A stretch of 32,000 bases of DNA from an uncultured Chloroflexia bacterium (GCA_963704755.1 OY969938.1:1380001-1412000); one strand, 5' to 3'; counted from the first letter of the stretch, positions 9,537 through 17,324 are shown. Notes: a model not told the origin generated them from the letters alone. Made by a program: numbers and translations.

Positions 9537-9620
9537 ATGTTTAGCAATCAAGTTGAATTAAACGTTTCCAAGAAGTTCGGTAAGAAGGCCTCCCAACCAC
9601 TCACGTGGTCTGGAAAATAG
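9537..9620 (+). CDS. Leader peptide 1 (27 aa, MFSNQVELNVSKKFGKKASQPLTWSGK), with two AAG-AAG lysine codon pairs.
   Basis: Hand translation. It lies in frame inside track ORF 9348..9620 but starts after the promoter. Lys codons are at 9570-9575, 9582-9587 and 9615-9617. It is followed by terminator 1. Confidence 0.6.
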   Translation: MFSNQVELNVSKKFGKKASQPLTWSGK

Positions 9621-9647
9621 CGCTTACCCGAACGTTGGAATTTGAGC

Positions 9648-9679
9648 CACCTCACCAGACCCGGTGAGGTGTTTTTTTT
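9648..9679 (+). terminator. Intrinsic terminator / attenuator 1.
   Basis: CACCTCACC (9648-9656), a 6-nt loop, GGTGAGGTG (9663-9671), then T8 (9672-9679). Confidence 0.8.
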
Positions 9680-9693
9680 CCCAAAAGGCAATA

Positions 9694-9798
9694 ATGAACA
9701 GAAACAGCAGTTCCGCAAACATTACCACCCATCTCGATAAGAAGGCCAAGAAGCACATGCCGGATGCAGATCTGGATAAGCGCACTTGCCTGGAATAA
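9694..9798 (+). CDS. Leader peptide 2 (34 aa, MNRNSSSANITTHLDKKAKKHMPDADLDKRTCLE), with two AAG-AAG lysine codon pairs.
   Basis: Hand translation. AAGG lies 5 nt upstream of the ATG. Lys codons are at 9739-9744, 9748-9753 and 9778-9780. It is followed by terminator 2. Confidence 0.55.
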   Translation: MNRNSSSANITTHLDKKAKKHMPDADLDKRTCLE

Positions 9799-9817
9799 GA
9801 GAAATCAGTTGGTACCA

Positions 9818-9856
9818 GCGGGCTTGCCAGATCAAACGGCAAGCCCGTTTTTTATT
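9818..9856 (+). terminator. Intrinsic terminator / attenuator 2, 33 nt before the homocitrate synthase start.
   Basis: GCGGGCTTGCC (9818-9828), a 9-nt loop, GGCAAGCCCG (9838-9847), then TTTTTTATTT. Confidence 0.8.
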
Positions 9857-9888
9857 TATATCGGCGGAAACGCCAGGAAAGAGGTCTC

Positions 9889-11103
9889 ATGAGTCTGGAA
9901 CATTTTTCGATCATCGAATCTACACTGCGCGAGGGTGAACAGTTCGTCAATGCATTTTTCACCACCGAGCAGAAAATTCAAATAGCCCACCTGCTGGACG
10001 ATTTTGGGGTGGAATACCTCGAGCTGACCACCCCGGCCGCCTCCACCCAAAGTGCGCGTGACTGCGAAACCATCGCCGGCCTGGGCCTGCGCGCCAAAAC
10101 CCTCACCCATACCCGCTGCAATATCAATGACGTGCGCCAGGCCGTCGAGACCGGTGTGGATGGGGTGGATATTGTGATCGGTACCTCATCCTATCTGCGT
10201 GAGTTCAGCCATGGCAAGAGCATCGACACCATCATCGAAATGGCCCAGGAAGTGTTGGAATATCTGAGCCATTTCAACGTAGAAATGCGCTTCAGCACCG
10301 AAGATTCCCTGCGCAGTGACCCGGCCGACCTCTTCCGGGTGTACGCAGCCGTCGACAAGCTGGGCGTCAACCGGGTCGGCATCGCCGACACGGTGGGAAT
10401 CGGTAACCCCCGCCAGATTTACGAACTGGTCAGTGAACTGCGCTCGCGCGTCCACGCCGATATCGAATTCCACGGCCACAATGACACCGGCTGCGCCATC
10501 GCGAATGCCTTCGCCGCCCTGGAAGCCGGCGCCACCCACATCGATACCAGCATTCTGGGCATCGGCGAACGCAACGGCATCACCCCCCTGGGCGGCCTGG
10601 TCGCCCGCCTGTACGCCATAGATCCCGGGCTGGTATCCAAATACAACCTGCCCATGATGCTGGAGCTCGACCAGACCATCGCCAAAATGGTGGGGGTGGA
10701 CATCCCTTTCAACAATTACATCACCGGTTTCTCGGCCTTCACCCATAAAGCCGGCATCCACGCCAAAGCCGTGCTCAACAACCCCTCAACCTACGAAGTG
10801 CTGCGGCCCGAAGATTTCGGCCTGACCCGCTACATCCACATCGCCCACCGCCTGACCGGCTGGAACGCCATCCGCTACCGCGCCGACCAGTTGAACATCC
10901 CCCTGACCGACGACGAAATCAAAAGTATCACCGAACGGATCAAACAGCTCTCCGACCAGTACAACATTACCCTCGATGAAGTTGACCGGCTGCTCTACGC
11001 GGCCAGCTCGAACGCTGACATTACCGCTGAAACTGTAGTCGAAACCGCTACCCCCTTACTCAATCCGGAAAGGACTTCCCAAAATGGGACAAACGCTCTC
11101 TGA
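9889..11103 (+). CDS. hcs: Homocitrate synthase (AAA lysine pathway).
   Basis: [26 protein letters not shown] and [15 protein letters not shown] are near-identical to the blocks I recall from Thermus thermophilus HCS. At 404 aa the size fits. The genomic context is homoaconitase, HICDH and LysX. Confidence 0.85.
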   Translation: MSLEHFSIIESTLREGEQFVNAFFTTEQKIQIAHLLDDFGVEYLELTTPAASTQSARDCETIAGLGLRAKTLTHTRCNINDVRQAVETGVDGVDIVIGTSSYLREFSHGKSIDTIIEMAQEVLEYLSHFNVEMRFSTEDSLRSDPADLFRVYAAVDKLGVNRVGIADTVGIGNPRQIYELVSELRSRVHADIEFHGHNDTGCAIANAFAALEAGATHIDTSILGIGERNGITPLGGLVARLYAIDPGLVSKYNLPMMLELDQTIAKMVGVDIPFNNYITGFSAFTHKAGIHAKAVLNNPSTYEVLRPEDFGLTRYIHIAHRLTGWNAIRYRADQLNIPLTDDEIKSITERIKQLSDQYNITLDEVDRLLYAASSNADITAETVVETATPLLNPERTSQNGTNAL

Positions 11104-12337
11104 ACAAATTCTTTCGCATGCCTCCGGCCGCTCGATCCGCCCGGGCGACCTGGTTATCGTTGAACCGGAAGTGGTGATGAGCCACAATTCGTTGACTCCC
11201 AGTATTATTAAAATCGCCCAACAGGAATTAGGGATGACCGAGATCCGCCACCCGGAGCGGCTGGTCTTCGTCCTCGACCACGTTTCGCCGCCTTCCACGG
11301 TCGGCACGGCCAATGCGCAGAAAGTGGTCCGTACCTTCGCCCAGGAGAACAATGTGCGCCTGTTCGACGTAGGCCGCGGCATCTGTCACCAGGTGCTGGT
11401 AGAAGAACGTATCGCTGCGCCCGGCAAAATTGTGGTGGGCTCCGATTCGCACTCCACCGGCTATGGTTCGGTATGCGCCTTCGGCACTGGCATGGGCTCC
11501 ACCGACGTGGCCCTGGTGTGGGCCACCGGGCGCACCTGGCTGCGCGTGCCCGAAACGATCCGCATCCGGGTGCATGGCCGCTTTAGCCAATGGGTGGGGG
11601 CCAAAGACCTGGCCCTGAAAATTTGCCAGACCCTGACCATTGCCGGCGGAAACTACGCCGCGCTAGAATATCACGGCCTGGATTGGCTGGACCTGCCCGG
11701 CCGCCAGACCCTGGCCAGCATGGCCGTCGAGGTTGGCGCGAAAGTCGGCCTGGTACCGCCCAGCGGGGAAGCTGCCCGCGATTGGGATGTACCGGATTGG
11801 CTGTTCGTCGATCCTGAAGCGAGCTATGCCCGAACGGTGGACATCGATTTGGACGAATTACACCCACAGGTTTCCATCCCGCACGCGGTCGACCACGTCG
11901 CGGACCTGCCCGAAGTGGCCGGCACCCATGTGGATATGATCTTCCTGGGTACCTGTACCAACGGGCGCTACGAAGATATGCGCGCCGCCGCCAATATCCT
12001 GCGCGGCCGGCACGTCGCCAGCAGTGTGCGCATGCTGGTTACCCCCGCCTCCAGCCGCGAGATGGCCCGCGCGGCCGCCGATGGCACCCTGACCGAGCTG
12101 ATCGAAGCCGGCGCCGTGCTGACCTCGCCCGGCTGCGGCGCCTGTATGGGCCGCCACCAGGGTACCCTGGGTGAAAACGACGTCTGCCTGTCCACCGGCA
12201 ACCGCAATTTCCGTGGCCGTATGGGCGCGCCCACCTCGCAAATCTACCTGGCCTCCGCTGAAGTGGCCGCCGCCACCGCCCTGACCGGGGTCATCACCCA
12301 CCCGGCTGAGGTTGCCGTGGAAAACGCCCGCGCATAA
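11084..12337 (+). CDS. hacA: Homoaconitase / 3-isopropylmalate-dehydratase-type large subunit (short archaeal-type, 417 aa).
   Basis: Aconitase family motifs are present: [16 protein letters not shown] and SPGCGACMG (Fe-S Cys ligands). It overlaps hcs by 20 nt. The homoaconitase role is inferred from context, not from sequence alone. Confidence 0.8.
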   Translation: MGQTLSEQILSHASGRSIRPGDLVIVEPEVVMSHNSLTPSIIKIAQQELGMTEIRHPERLVFVLDHVSPPSTVGTANAQKVVRTFAQENNVRLFDVGRGICHQVLVEERIAAPGKIVVGSDSHSTGYGSVCAFGTGMGSTDVALVWATGRTWLRVPETIRIRVHGRFSQWVGAKDLALKICQTLTIAGGNYAALEYHGLDWLDLPGRQTLASMAVEVGAKVGLVPPSGEAARDWDVPDWLFVDPEASYARTVDIDLDELHPQVSIPHAVDHVADLPEVAGTHVDMIFLGTCTNGRYEDMRAAANILRGRHVASSVRMLVTPASSREMARAAADGTLTELIEAGAVLTSPGCGACMGRHQGTLGENDVCLSTGNRNFRGRMGAPTSQIYLASAEVAAATALTGVITHPAEVAVENARA

Positions 12338-12366
12338 AACTGATATTGCACATTAATAAATTAATG

Positions 12367-12582
12367 AGGGCAAAAAGCGCCGGCCAAACAGCCCATGGGT
12401 TTGTTAAACCAGCGCTGTGCCCCCCTTCCCCGCTTCCCCCCAAATCAAAAACCGATTTGGAGGGAAGGGCCAGATTCCTCCCCTAAAATCCGCACTTTGG
12501 ATTTTGGGGGAGGCCAGGAGGGGGCAAAAAGCGCCGGCCAACCAACCCATTGGCTTGTTAAACTAGCGCTGTGCCCCCTTTC
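12367..12582. repeat. Two direct repeats of about 62 bp, each a hairpin, flanking two smaller hairpins within the hacA-hacB spacer.
   Basis: gagggcaaaaagcgccggccaaacagcccatgggtttgttaaaccagcgctgtgcccc (12367-12425) versus gagggggcaaaaagcgccggccaaccaacccattggcttgttaaactagcgctgtgcccc (12518-12578). The inner hairpins are cttccccccaaatc/gatttggagggaag and cctcccctaaaatcc/ggattttgggggagg. Confidence 0.75.
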
Positions 12583-12637
12583 CCGAACCTGTTACCTAAA
12601 TCTTCATTATCATTTAGCTGATAAAAAGGAGTTATCG

Positions 12638-13132
12638 ATGCCTAGAGTATGGAAATTTGGATCCGATGTGGATACCGACCAGATCGTGCCCGGGCGCTAC
12701 GCGCCTTACATGCGCCCGGACGCGGATGTCGGCGATGCGGCCTTCATCGAAGCCCGCCCGGAGTTTGCCCAAAACGCCCGCCCAGGCGACGTGATCGTCG
12801 CCCTGGACAATTTCGGCTGCGGCTCCTCGCGGGAATACGCGGTCGAGGCGCTCAAACGGCGCCAGGTCGGCGCGATCATTGCCCGCGGATACGCGCGCAT
12901 CTTCTTCCGCAACGCGCTTAACCTGGGTATTCCCCTCATCACCGCCCCCGACGTGGTCGAGGCCCTCCAGGACGGCGACGAGATCAGCCTGGACCTGGTC
13001 AAAAGCGAACTCTCCCGCGGGAACGAAATGTTTATTCTGCCCGAATTTCCCGAATTCGCCCGCGAGATCCTGGCAGCCGGCGGGATCGTGCCCTACGTAC
13101 GCGAACATCATCGCTTCCCGGGGGAACAATGA
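12638..13132 (+). CDS. hacB: Homoaconitase / isopropylmalate-dehydratase-type small subunit (164 aa).
   Basis: The sequence reads MPRVWKFGSDVDTDQIVPGRY...GCGSSREYAV...IIARGYARIFFRNALNLG. The AAGGAG RBS lies 7 nt upstream of the ATG at 12638. The track ORF 12395.. is an upstream read-through across the repeat region. Confidence 0.85.
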   Translation: MPRVWKFGSDVDTDQIVPGRYAPYMRPDADVGDAAFIEARPEFAQNARPGDVIVALDNFGCGSSREYAVEALKRRQVGAIIARGYARIFFRNALNLGIPLITAPDVVEALQDGDEISLDLVKSELSRGNEMFILPEFPEFAREILAAGGIVPYVREHHRFPGEQ

Positions 13133-14136
13133 GTTCTGCCCAATTGTGCGTCATCGAGGGAGATGGGATCGGCCACGAGGTCATCCCGGCGGCCGTGCAG
13201 GTGCTGCGTATGGCCGTCCCCCAGTTGGAAACAATCCAGGCCGAAGCCGGCTGGGATTGTTTCCAACGCAGAGGGGTCTCAGTCCCACCCGAAACCCTGG
13301 AGGCTTTACGCGCCTGTGGCGCCGGGTTGTTCGGGGCGGTCTCTTCCCCTTCCCATAAAGTCGAGGGTTACCGCAGCGCCATCCTGACCATGCGCCAGGA
13401 GCTGGACCTGTACGCCAACCTGCGCCCGGTCCGCAGTCTGCCGGGGGTCTCTCCCCGGACAGGCATCGACTTCGTCATCGTGCGCGAGAATACCGAGGGA
13501 TTGTACGCCGGGCGTGAGCGCCTGGAAGGCGACACGGCCATCGGTAAGCGCATCATCACCCGCCAGGCTTCCCGGCGGATCGGCCTGCGCGCGCTGGAGT
13601 TGGCCCGTTCGCGACCGCGCAAACGCCTGACCATCGTCCACAAAGCCAACATCCTGCCGGTGACGGATGGGCTTTTCCGCGATACCGTCCGTGAGGCGGC
13701 CGCCGAGACCGGCGCAGAGTCGGCCGGTGTGGTCATCGAGGAGGTGCTGGTGGATAACGCCGCTTATCAAATCGCCGCCAACCCGGAGCGCTTCGACGTC
13801 ATTGTAACTACCAACCTGTTCGGCGACATCCTTTCGGACGAAAGCGCGGTCTGGTGTGGCGGGATGGGCCTGGCCCCTTCGCTGAACTGGGGCGACGGCC
13901 TGGCCCTGGCCGAGCCGGTCCACGGCTCTGCACCCGATATCGCCGGTAAAGGCATCGCTAACCCGATCGCGGCCATCCTCAGCGCGGCCCTGCTGGCGCG
14001 TTATGCCTGGAACATGAACGCCGCCGCCGAACGGATCGAAAGCGCGGTTTCCATCTGCCTGGCCGCCGGTCAAGCCGGCGCCGGGGCCACCACGGCCGAA
14101 ATCACCCAGGCCATCCTCCGGCACCTGGATGAATAA
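13129..14136 (+). CDS. Homoisocitrate dehydrogenase (isocitrate/isopropylmalate dehydrogenase family, 335 aa).
   Basis: Motifs seen: LYANLRP, VRENTEGLY, NLFGDILSDE and GSAPDIAGKGIANP. It overlaps the hacB stop (ATGA). The HICDH assignment comes from cluster context. Confidence 0.8.
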   Translation: MSSAQLCVIEGDGIGHEVIPAAVQVLRMAVPQLETIQAEAGWDCFQRRGVSVPPETLEALRACGAGLFGAVSSPSHKVEGYRSAILTMRQELDLYANLRPVRSLPGVSPRTGIDFVIVRENTEGLYAGRERLEGDTAIGKRIITRQASRRIGLRALELARSRPRKRLTIVHKANILPVTDGLFRDTVREAAAETGAESAGVVIEEVLVDNAAYQIAANPERFDVIVTTNLFGDILSDESAVWCGGMGLAPSLNWGDGLALAEPVHGSAPDIAGKGIANPIAAILSAALLARYAWNMNAAAERIESAVSICLAAGQAGAGATTAEITQAILRHLDE

Positions 14137-14140
14137 GAAA

Positions 14141-14800
14141 TAAACCACGAAGAATTTAACCACGGAGGCACGGACCCTGGCACCGCCCGCCAGGGCAGGT
14201 GGGGCACGGAGAAGAAAAGAGTTTATCCCTGAGCACACAGAGGCCACAGAGAAGAAAGAGGAGAAATGAGTAAAATTGATGGCCGAAAGGACAAAGACCT
14301 GCAGCGGATCGGCCCGGTCTCCAGACCGAGGCCGCTCTTCATTGCAAATTAGTGGTTCGCTGCGATTCGGGTCGTGCGTTTGGTTGTCGTTGCGAGCGGT
14401 TTGTGCGACCCTGCACCTGCGGTTCTGGGCAGGTGAGCAATATCAACAATACCCGAATAGCTCAATGGCCAGCGTTGAGATTGCCACTGGCAGCAAAAAA
14501 CGCTGCCTTCACAACGACAACCAAACGCAAAACCTGAATCGCAGGCAATTCCTTATTTGCGTAGAAGAGCGGCCTCGGTCTGGAGACCGGGCCGATCCAC
14601 CTTAGGCCATCGCTCTTTTAAACAGGACCTTCTCATCCTCTCTTTCTTTTCTCTGTGAACTCTGTGTACTCTGTGGTTAAATTCCTTTTTTCTCCGTGCT
14701 CTGAGATTAATCCCTTTCTTCTCCGTGTTCCACCTGCCCTGGCGGGCGGTGCCAGGGTCCGTGCCTCCGTGGTTTATCTTTCTTCGTGGTTATTTTTTCT
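14141..14800. repeat. Nested imperfect palindrome of about 660 bp. It has outer CTCCGTG/CTCTGTG-type arms, a 35-bp core inverted repeat and an inner inverted repeat around a unique centre of about 110 bp.
   Basis: 14158-14202 is the exact reverse complement of 14730-14774 (45 bp). The core ggatcggcccggtctccagaccgaggccgctcttc (14306-14340) is the reverse complement of 14564-14598. The inner inverted repeat is cgattcgggtcgtgcgtttggttgtcgttg versus caacgacaaccaaacgcaaaacctgaatcg. Confidence 0.85.
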
Positions 14801-14867
14801 CTGTGGTTATTCTTTCTTTACCTAACCCATATTTATTCCCGGCAAGACGCCGGACAAGGAATTCTCA

Positions 14868-15716
14868 ATGAAAATCGGTGTTTTATTTTCTCGACTACGT
14901 GTGGAAGAGAAATGGATCTTTGAAGCCCTGGAAAAACGCGGGGTGGACTATGACCGTATCGACGACCGCCGGGTCACTTTCAACGTGACCAACCCGGGCG
15001 AATGGCTGCAATACGACGTGGTGCTGGTCCGCAGCCTGTCGTATCACAATGGACTATACGCAGCCCAGGTGCTCAACTCCTGGGACATCCCCACGGTCAA
15101 CTCGGCCCGCGTCGCGGCCACCTGCGGGGACAAACTGGTGACCACGACGGCCCTGGCCCAGGCCGGCATCCCCCAGCCGCAGGTCTGGACGGCCTTTTCG
15201 ACGGACGCTGCCCTGGAAATCATGGACCAGATCGGCTACCCGGTGGTGCTGAAGCCGCTGGTGGGGTCGTGGGGGCGTTTGTTATCCAAAGTCAACGACC
15301 GGGACGCGGCCGAGACCATTCTGGAGCACAAAGAAGTGATGGGCGGCCCGCAGCATAGTGTGATTTACATCCAGGAATACATCCACAAACCCAGCCGGGA
15401 CATCCGCAGTTTTGTGATCGGCGACCACACCGTGTGCGCCATCTACCGTGAGGCCGAACACTGGATCACCAATACCGCCCGCGGCGGCAAAGCCGAAGTC
15501 TGCCCGGTGACGCCCGAACTGGACCAGTTGAGCGTCGCCACGGCCCAGGCGGTCGGCGGCGGGGTCATCGCCGTGGATATTCTCGAAGATCCCGAACGCG
15601 GTTACCTGGTCAACGAGGCCAACCACACCATGGAATTCCATTCCACCGTGCCCCTCACCGGTGTGGATATCCCCGGCATGCTGGTGGATTACGCCCTTTC
15701 GATTGCGAGGAAGTGA
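14868..15716 (+). CDS. lysX: LysX: ATP-grasp alpha-aminoadipate--LysW ligase (RimK/LysX family).
   Basis: [53 protein letters not shown] and [11 protein letters not shown] closely match the T. thermophilus LysX blocks as I recall them. Size is 282 aa. Confidence 0.85.
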   Translation: MKIGVLFSRLRVEEKWIFEALEKRGVDYDRIDDRRVTFNVTNPGEWLQYDVVLVRSLSYHNGLYAAQVLNSWDIPTVNSARVAATCGDKLVTTTALAQAGIPQPQVWTAFSTDAALEIMDQIGYPVVLKPLVGSWGRLLSKVNDRDAAETILEHKEVMGGPQHSVIYIQEYIHKPSRDIRSFVIGDHTVCAIYREAEHWITNTARGGKAEVCPVTPELDQLSVATAQAVGGGVIAVDILEDPERGYLVNEANHTMEFHSTVPLTGVDIPGMLVDYALSIARK

Positions 15717-15784
15717 GGGGAAGGGGAGCAGGCAACGAGGCAATAAGGGATAAGGCAACAAGGTAATCAGTGAAGCCCTAAAGT

Positions 15785-15865
15785 GGATCGGCCCGGTCTC
15801 CAGACCGAGGCCGCTCTTATTGGCCGGCCAATAAGAGCGGCCTCGGTCTGGAGACCGGGCCGATC
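15785..15865. repeat. 81-bp palindrome made of two abutting copies of the same 35-bp core found in the 14141-14800 element.
   Basis: ggatcggcccggtctccagaccgaggccgctctta ttggccggccaa taagagcggcctcggtctggagaccgggccgatc. The left flank (15722-15765) is rich in GGCAACGAGG-type words; the right flank carries their complement. Confidence 0.85.
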
Positions 15866-15984
15866 GCTTTGGCCAATTGAGCTTCCTGCCAGATTACTGT
15901 GGTGACTGATCGCCTCCTTGCCTTCTTACCTCATCCCCTCATCGCCTCATCGCCTCCTTGCCCTCTTACCTTATTGCCTTTTTG

Positions 15985-16176
15985 CCTCATCGCCTCGTTG
16001 CCTCATCGCCTCGTTGCCTCATCCCCTCGTTGCCTCATCGCCTCGTTGCCTCATCCCCTCGTTGCCTCATCCCCTCGTTGCCTCATCCCCTCGTTGCCTC
16101 ATCCCCTCGTTGCCTCATCCCCTCGTTGCCTCATCCCCTCGTTGCCTCATCCCTTATTGCCTCATCCCCTCGTTGC
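15985..16176. repeat. Tandem array of 12 copies of a 16-bp unit, CCTCATC(G/C)CCTCGTTG. Degenerate copies extend from about 15910 to about 16195.
   Basis: Direct reading. The units are in register every 16 nt from 15985. Only position 8 (G/C) and one unit (cccttattg) vary. Confidence 0.9.
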
Positions 16177-16332
16177 CTTCTCCCTCCCCTCTTTCCGCCG
16201 TATAATAGTTCCCAACAAGTTAACTAAATCGGGGTTATCCGCAAGCGCCGGTTAGAACTATAAGAATTTTCTCTTCAAAAAAATATCTCTCCTGCCTGCA
16301 CGCCCCTTAAAATTATCTGCATCGAGGAAAAT

Positions 16333-17085
16333 ATGGAATTCAAACCCATCTGGCGCGAAGAATTACACGTGCGCGCCTACGAAACGGATTTTAATAACCG
16401 TTGGAAACCGACCAGTTATTTCCAGGCGATGGAAGAAGCCGCCACCAACCATGCCCGTCACCTGGGCTATGATTATCCTGACATGCTGGCGCAAGGCATG
16501 GTCTGGGTGCTGACCCGCCTGAAAATCTATTTCTACGACTATCCCAGCATTCCCGACCCGGTTATTATCGAGACCTGGCCGCGGGGCATCCAGCAAAAGA
16601 TCTTTTTCACCCGCGATTTCCGCCTGTCTTCTCCCGAAGGCCGGCTTTATGCGGCCGCCACCTCTGCCTGGCTGCTGATCGACCCGGTCCAGCGCCGCAT
16701 GCTGCGCCCCGACCGCCTGTCCAACCATTTACCTCAGAACGAAGGCCATTTCGCGGTGAACGAACTGCTGGAAAAGATTCCCCAGCCGGATAATTTGCAG
16801 GAATGCGCCCGCGTCAAAGCCGAATACAGCGACATCGACATGATCGGGCACGTCAACAACGCCCGTTACATCGACTGGGTCAGCAACTGCTTCCCGATGG
16901 AACAATACCAAAATTCCCGCCTGGACTGGCTGCAAATCAATTACAACAACGAGGTCAAGGCAGGTGAAACGGTCGTCCTTTCGGCTGCCCAGAACAGCGC
17001 CGAACCCAACCGCTGGTTCATCCTGGGCAGCAACCCGTCCAGCGGAATGCCTAATTTCGAAGTCGATCTGGGGTGGCGGGAGTAG
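16333..17085 (+). CDS. Acyl-ACP thioesterase (FatA/FatB-like double hotdog, 250 aa).
   Basis: Motifs seen: YETDFNNRWKP, MVWVLTRLKI and DIDMIGHVNNARYIDW (catalytic D..GHVNN). GAGGA lies upstream. Confidence 0.8.
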   Translation: MEFKPIWREELHVRAYETDFNNRWKPTSYFQAMEEAATNHARHLGYDYPDMLAQGMVWVLTRLKIYFYDYPSIPDPVIIETWPRGIQQKIFFTRDFRLSSPEGRLYAAATSAWLLIDPVQRRMLRPDRLSNHLPQNEGHFAVNELLEKIPQPDNLQECARVKAEYSDIDMIGHVNNARYIDWVSNCFPMEQYQNSRLDWLQINYNNEVKAGETVVLSAAQNSAEPNRWFILGSNPSSGMPNFEVDLGWRE

Positions 17086-17150
17086 CTGTTAGCGGTTAGC
17101 GGTTGGCTTTTAGCGATTGGCCGTTAGCGGTTGGCCGTTAGCGGTCAGCT
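17086..17150. repeat. Heptamer-period tandem repeat arm (GTTAGCG / GTTGGCC variants).
   Basis: agctgttagcggttagcggttggcttttagcgattggccgttagcggttggccgttagcggtcagctg. It is complementary in type to the arm at 17330-17436. Confidence 0.8.
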
Positions 17151-17294
17151 GCAATGGAGGGTGTCGTTGAGCGCGGATGAAGGTAATGCCATCGATTTAC
17201 CTAAAGAAAGATATTTCCAGGCGTGCCTTCAACAAACTAGCAACGCTTGTCTATAATCACCTTGGGCACTAAGAAATGCTCCAGCTAAACCAAA

Positions 17295-17324
17295 AAGCAG
17301 GCCGGTCAAAAGACCGGCCTGCTT
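17295..17324 (-). terminator. 13-bp GC-rich hairpin. Probable terminator for the serpin gene (T-run on the minus strand).
   Basis: aagcaggccggtc aaaa gaccggcctgctt. On the minus strand the stem is followed by tttggttt. Confidence 0.6.

Noticed and set aside
9348-9842. Track ORFs 9348..9620 (+, 90 aa) and 9624..9842 (-, 72 aa) in the lysine operon leader.
   Set aside because: The long form of the plus ORF would start upstream of the consensus promoter; only its last 27 codons are proposed as the leader peptide. The minus ORF runs antisense through both terminators and leader ORF2.
9240-9888. Lysine riboswitch (L-box) or T-box upstream of the lysine operon.
   Set aside because: I could not recognise the conserved L-box or T-box core elements by eye. 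The region is better explained by two leader ORF and terminator modules. A covariance-model scan (Rfam) would be needed to exclude a riboswitch formally.
12395-12637. N-terminal 81-residue extension of the homoaconitase small subunit in the ORF track.
   Set aside because: The extension is read-through of the intergenic repeat or hairpin region. The conserved protein begins at MPRVWKFG, with an AAGGAG RBS just upstream of 12638.
13306-14247. 313-aa minus-strand ORF, plus other ORFs of 60-190 aa overlapping the lysine genes on either strand.
   Set aside because: All lie inside or antisense to genes with strong family signatures. Their arginine/glycine/proline-rich composition is typical of off-frame translation of high-GC coding DNA.
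14276-14605. ORFs of 109 and 61 aa, and a 28-codon ATG ORF at 14267, inside the nested palindrome. These were examined as lysW candidates.
   Set aside because: They lack the CxxC...CxxC zinc finger and acidic C-terminal tail expected of LysW. Their sequences are dictated by the inverted repeats, and no RBS is present.
15985-16176. Possible CRISPR array (regular short repeats).
   Set aside because: The units are directly abutting 16-mers with no unique spacers, and no cas genes are present. The same applies to the 14-mer array at 17368-17425.
15899-16255. Three overlapping plus-strand ORFs (118, 95 and 89 aa) encoding LPHPLVASSPRCLIPS-type repeats.
   Set aside because: They are the three reading frames of a 16-bp tandem repeat. 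Because 16 is not a multiple of 3, the same peptide words cycle through all frames. The unit contains no stop codons, and there is no RBS or non-repetitive domain. This is a repeat artefact, not a gene.
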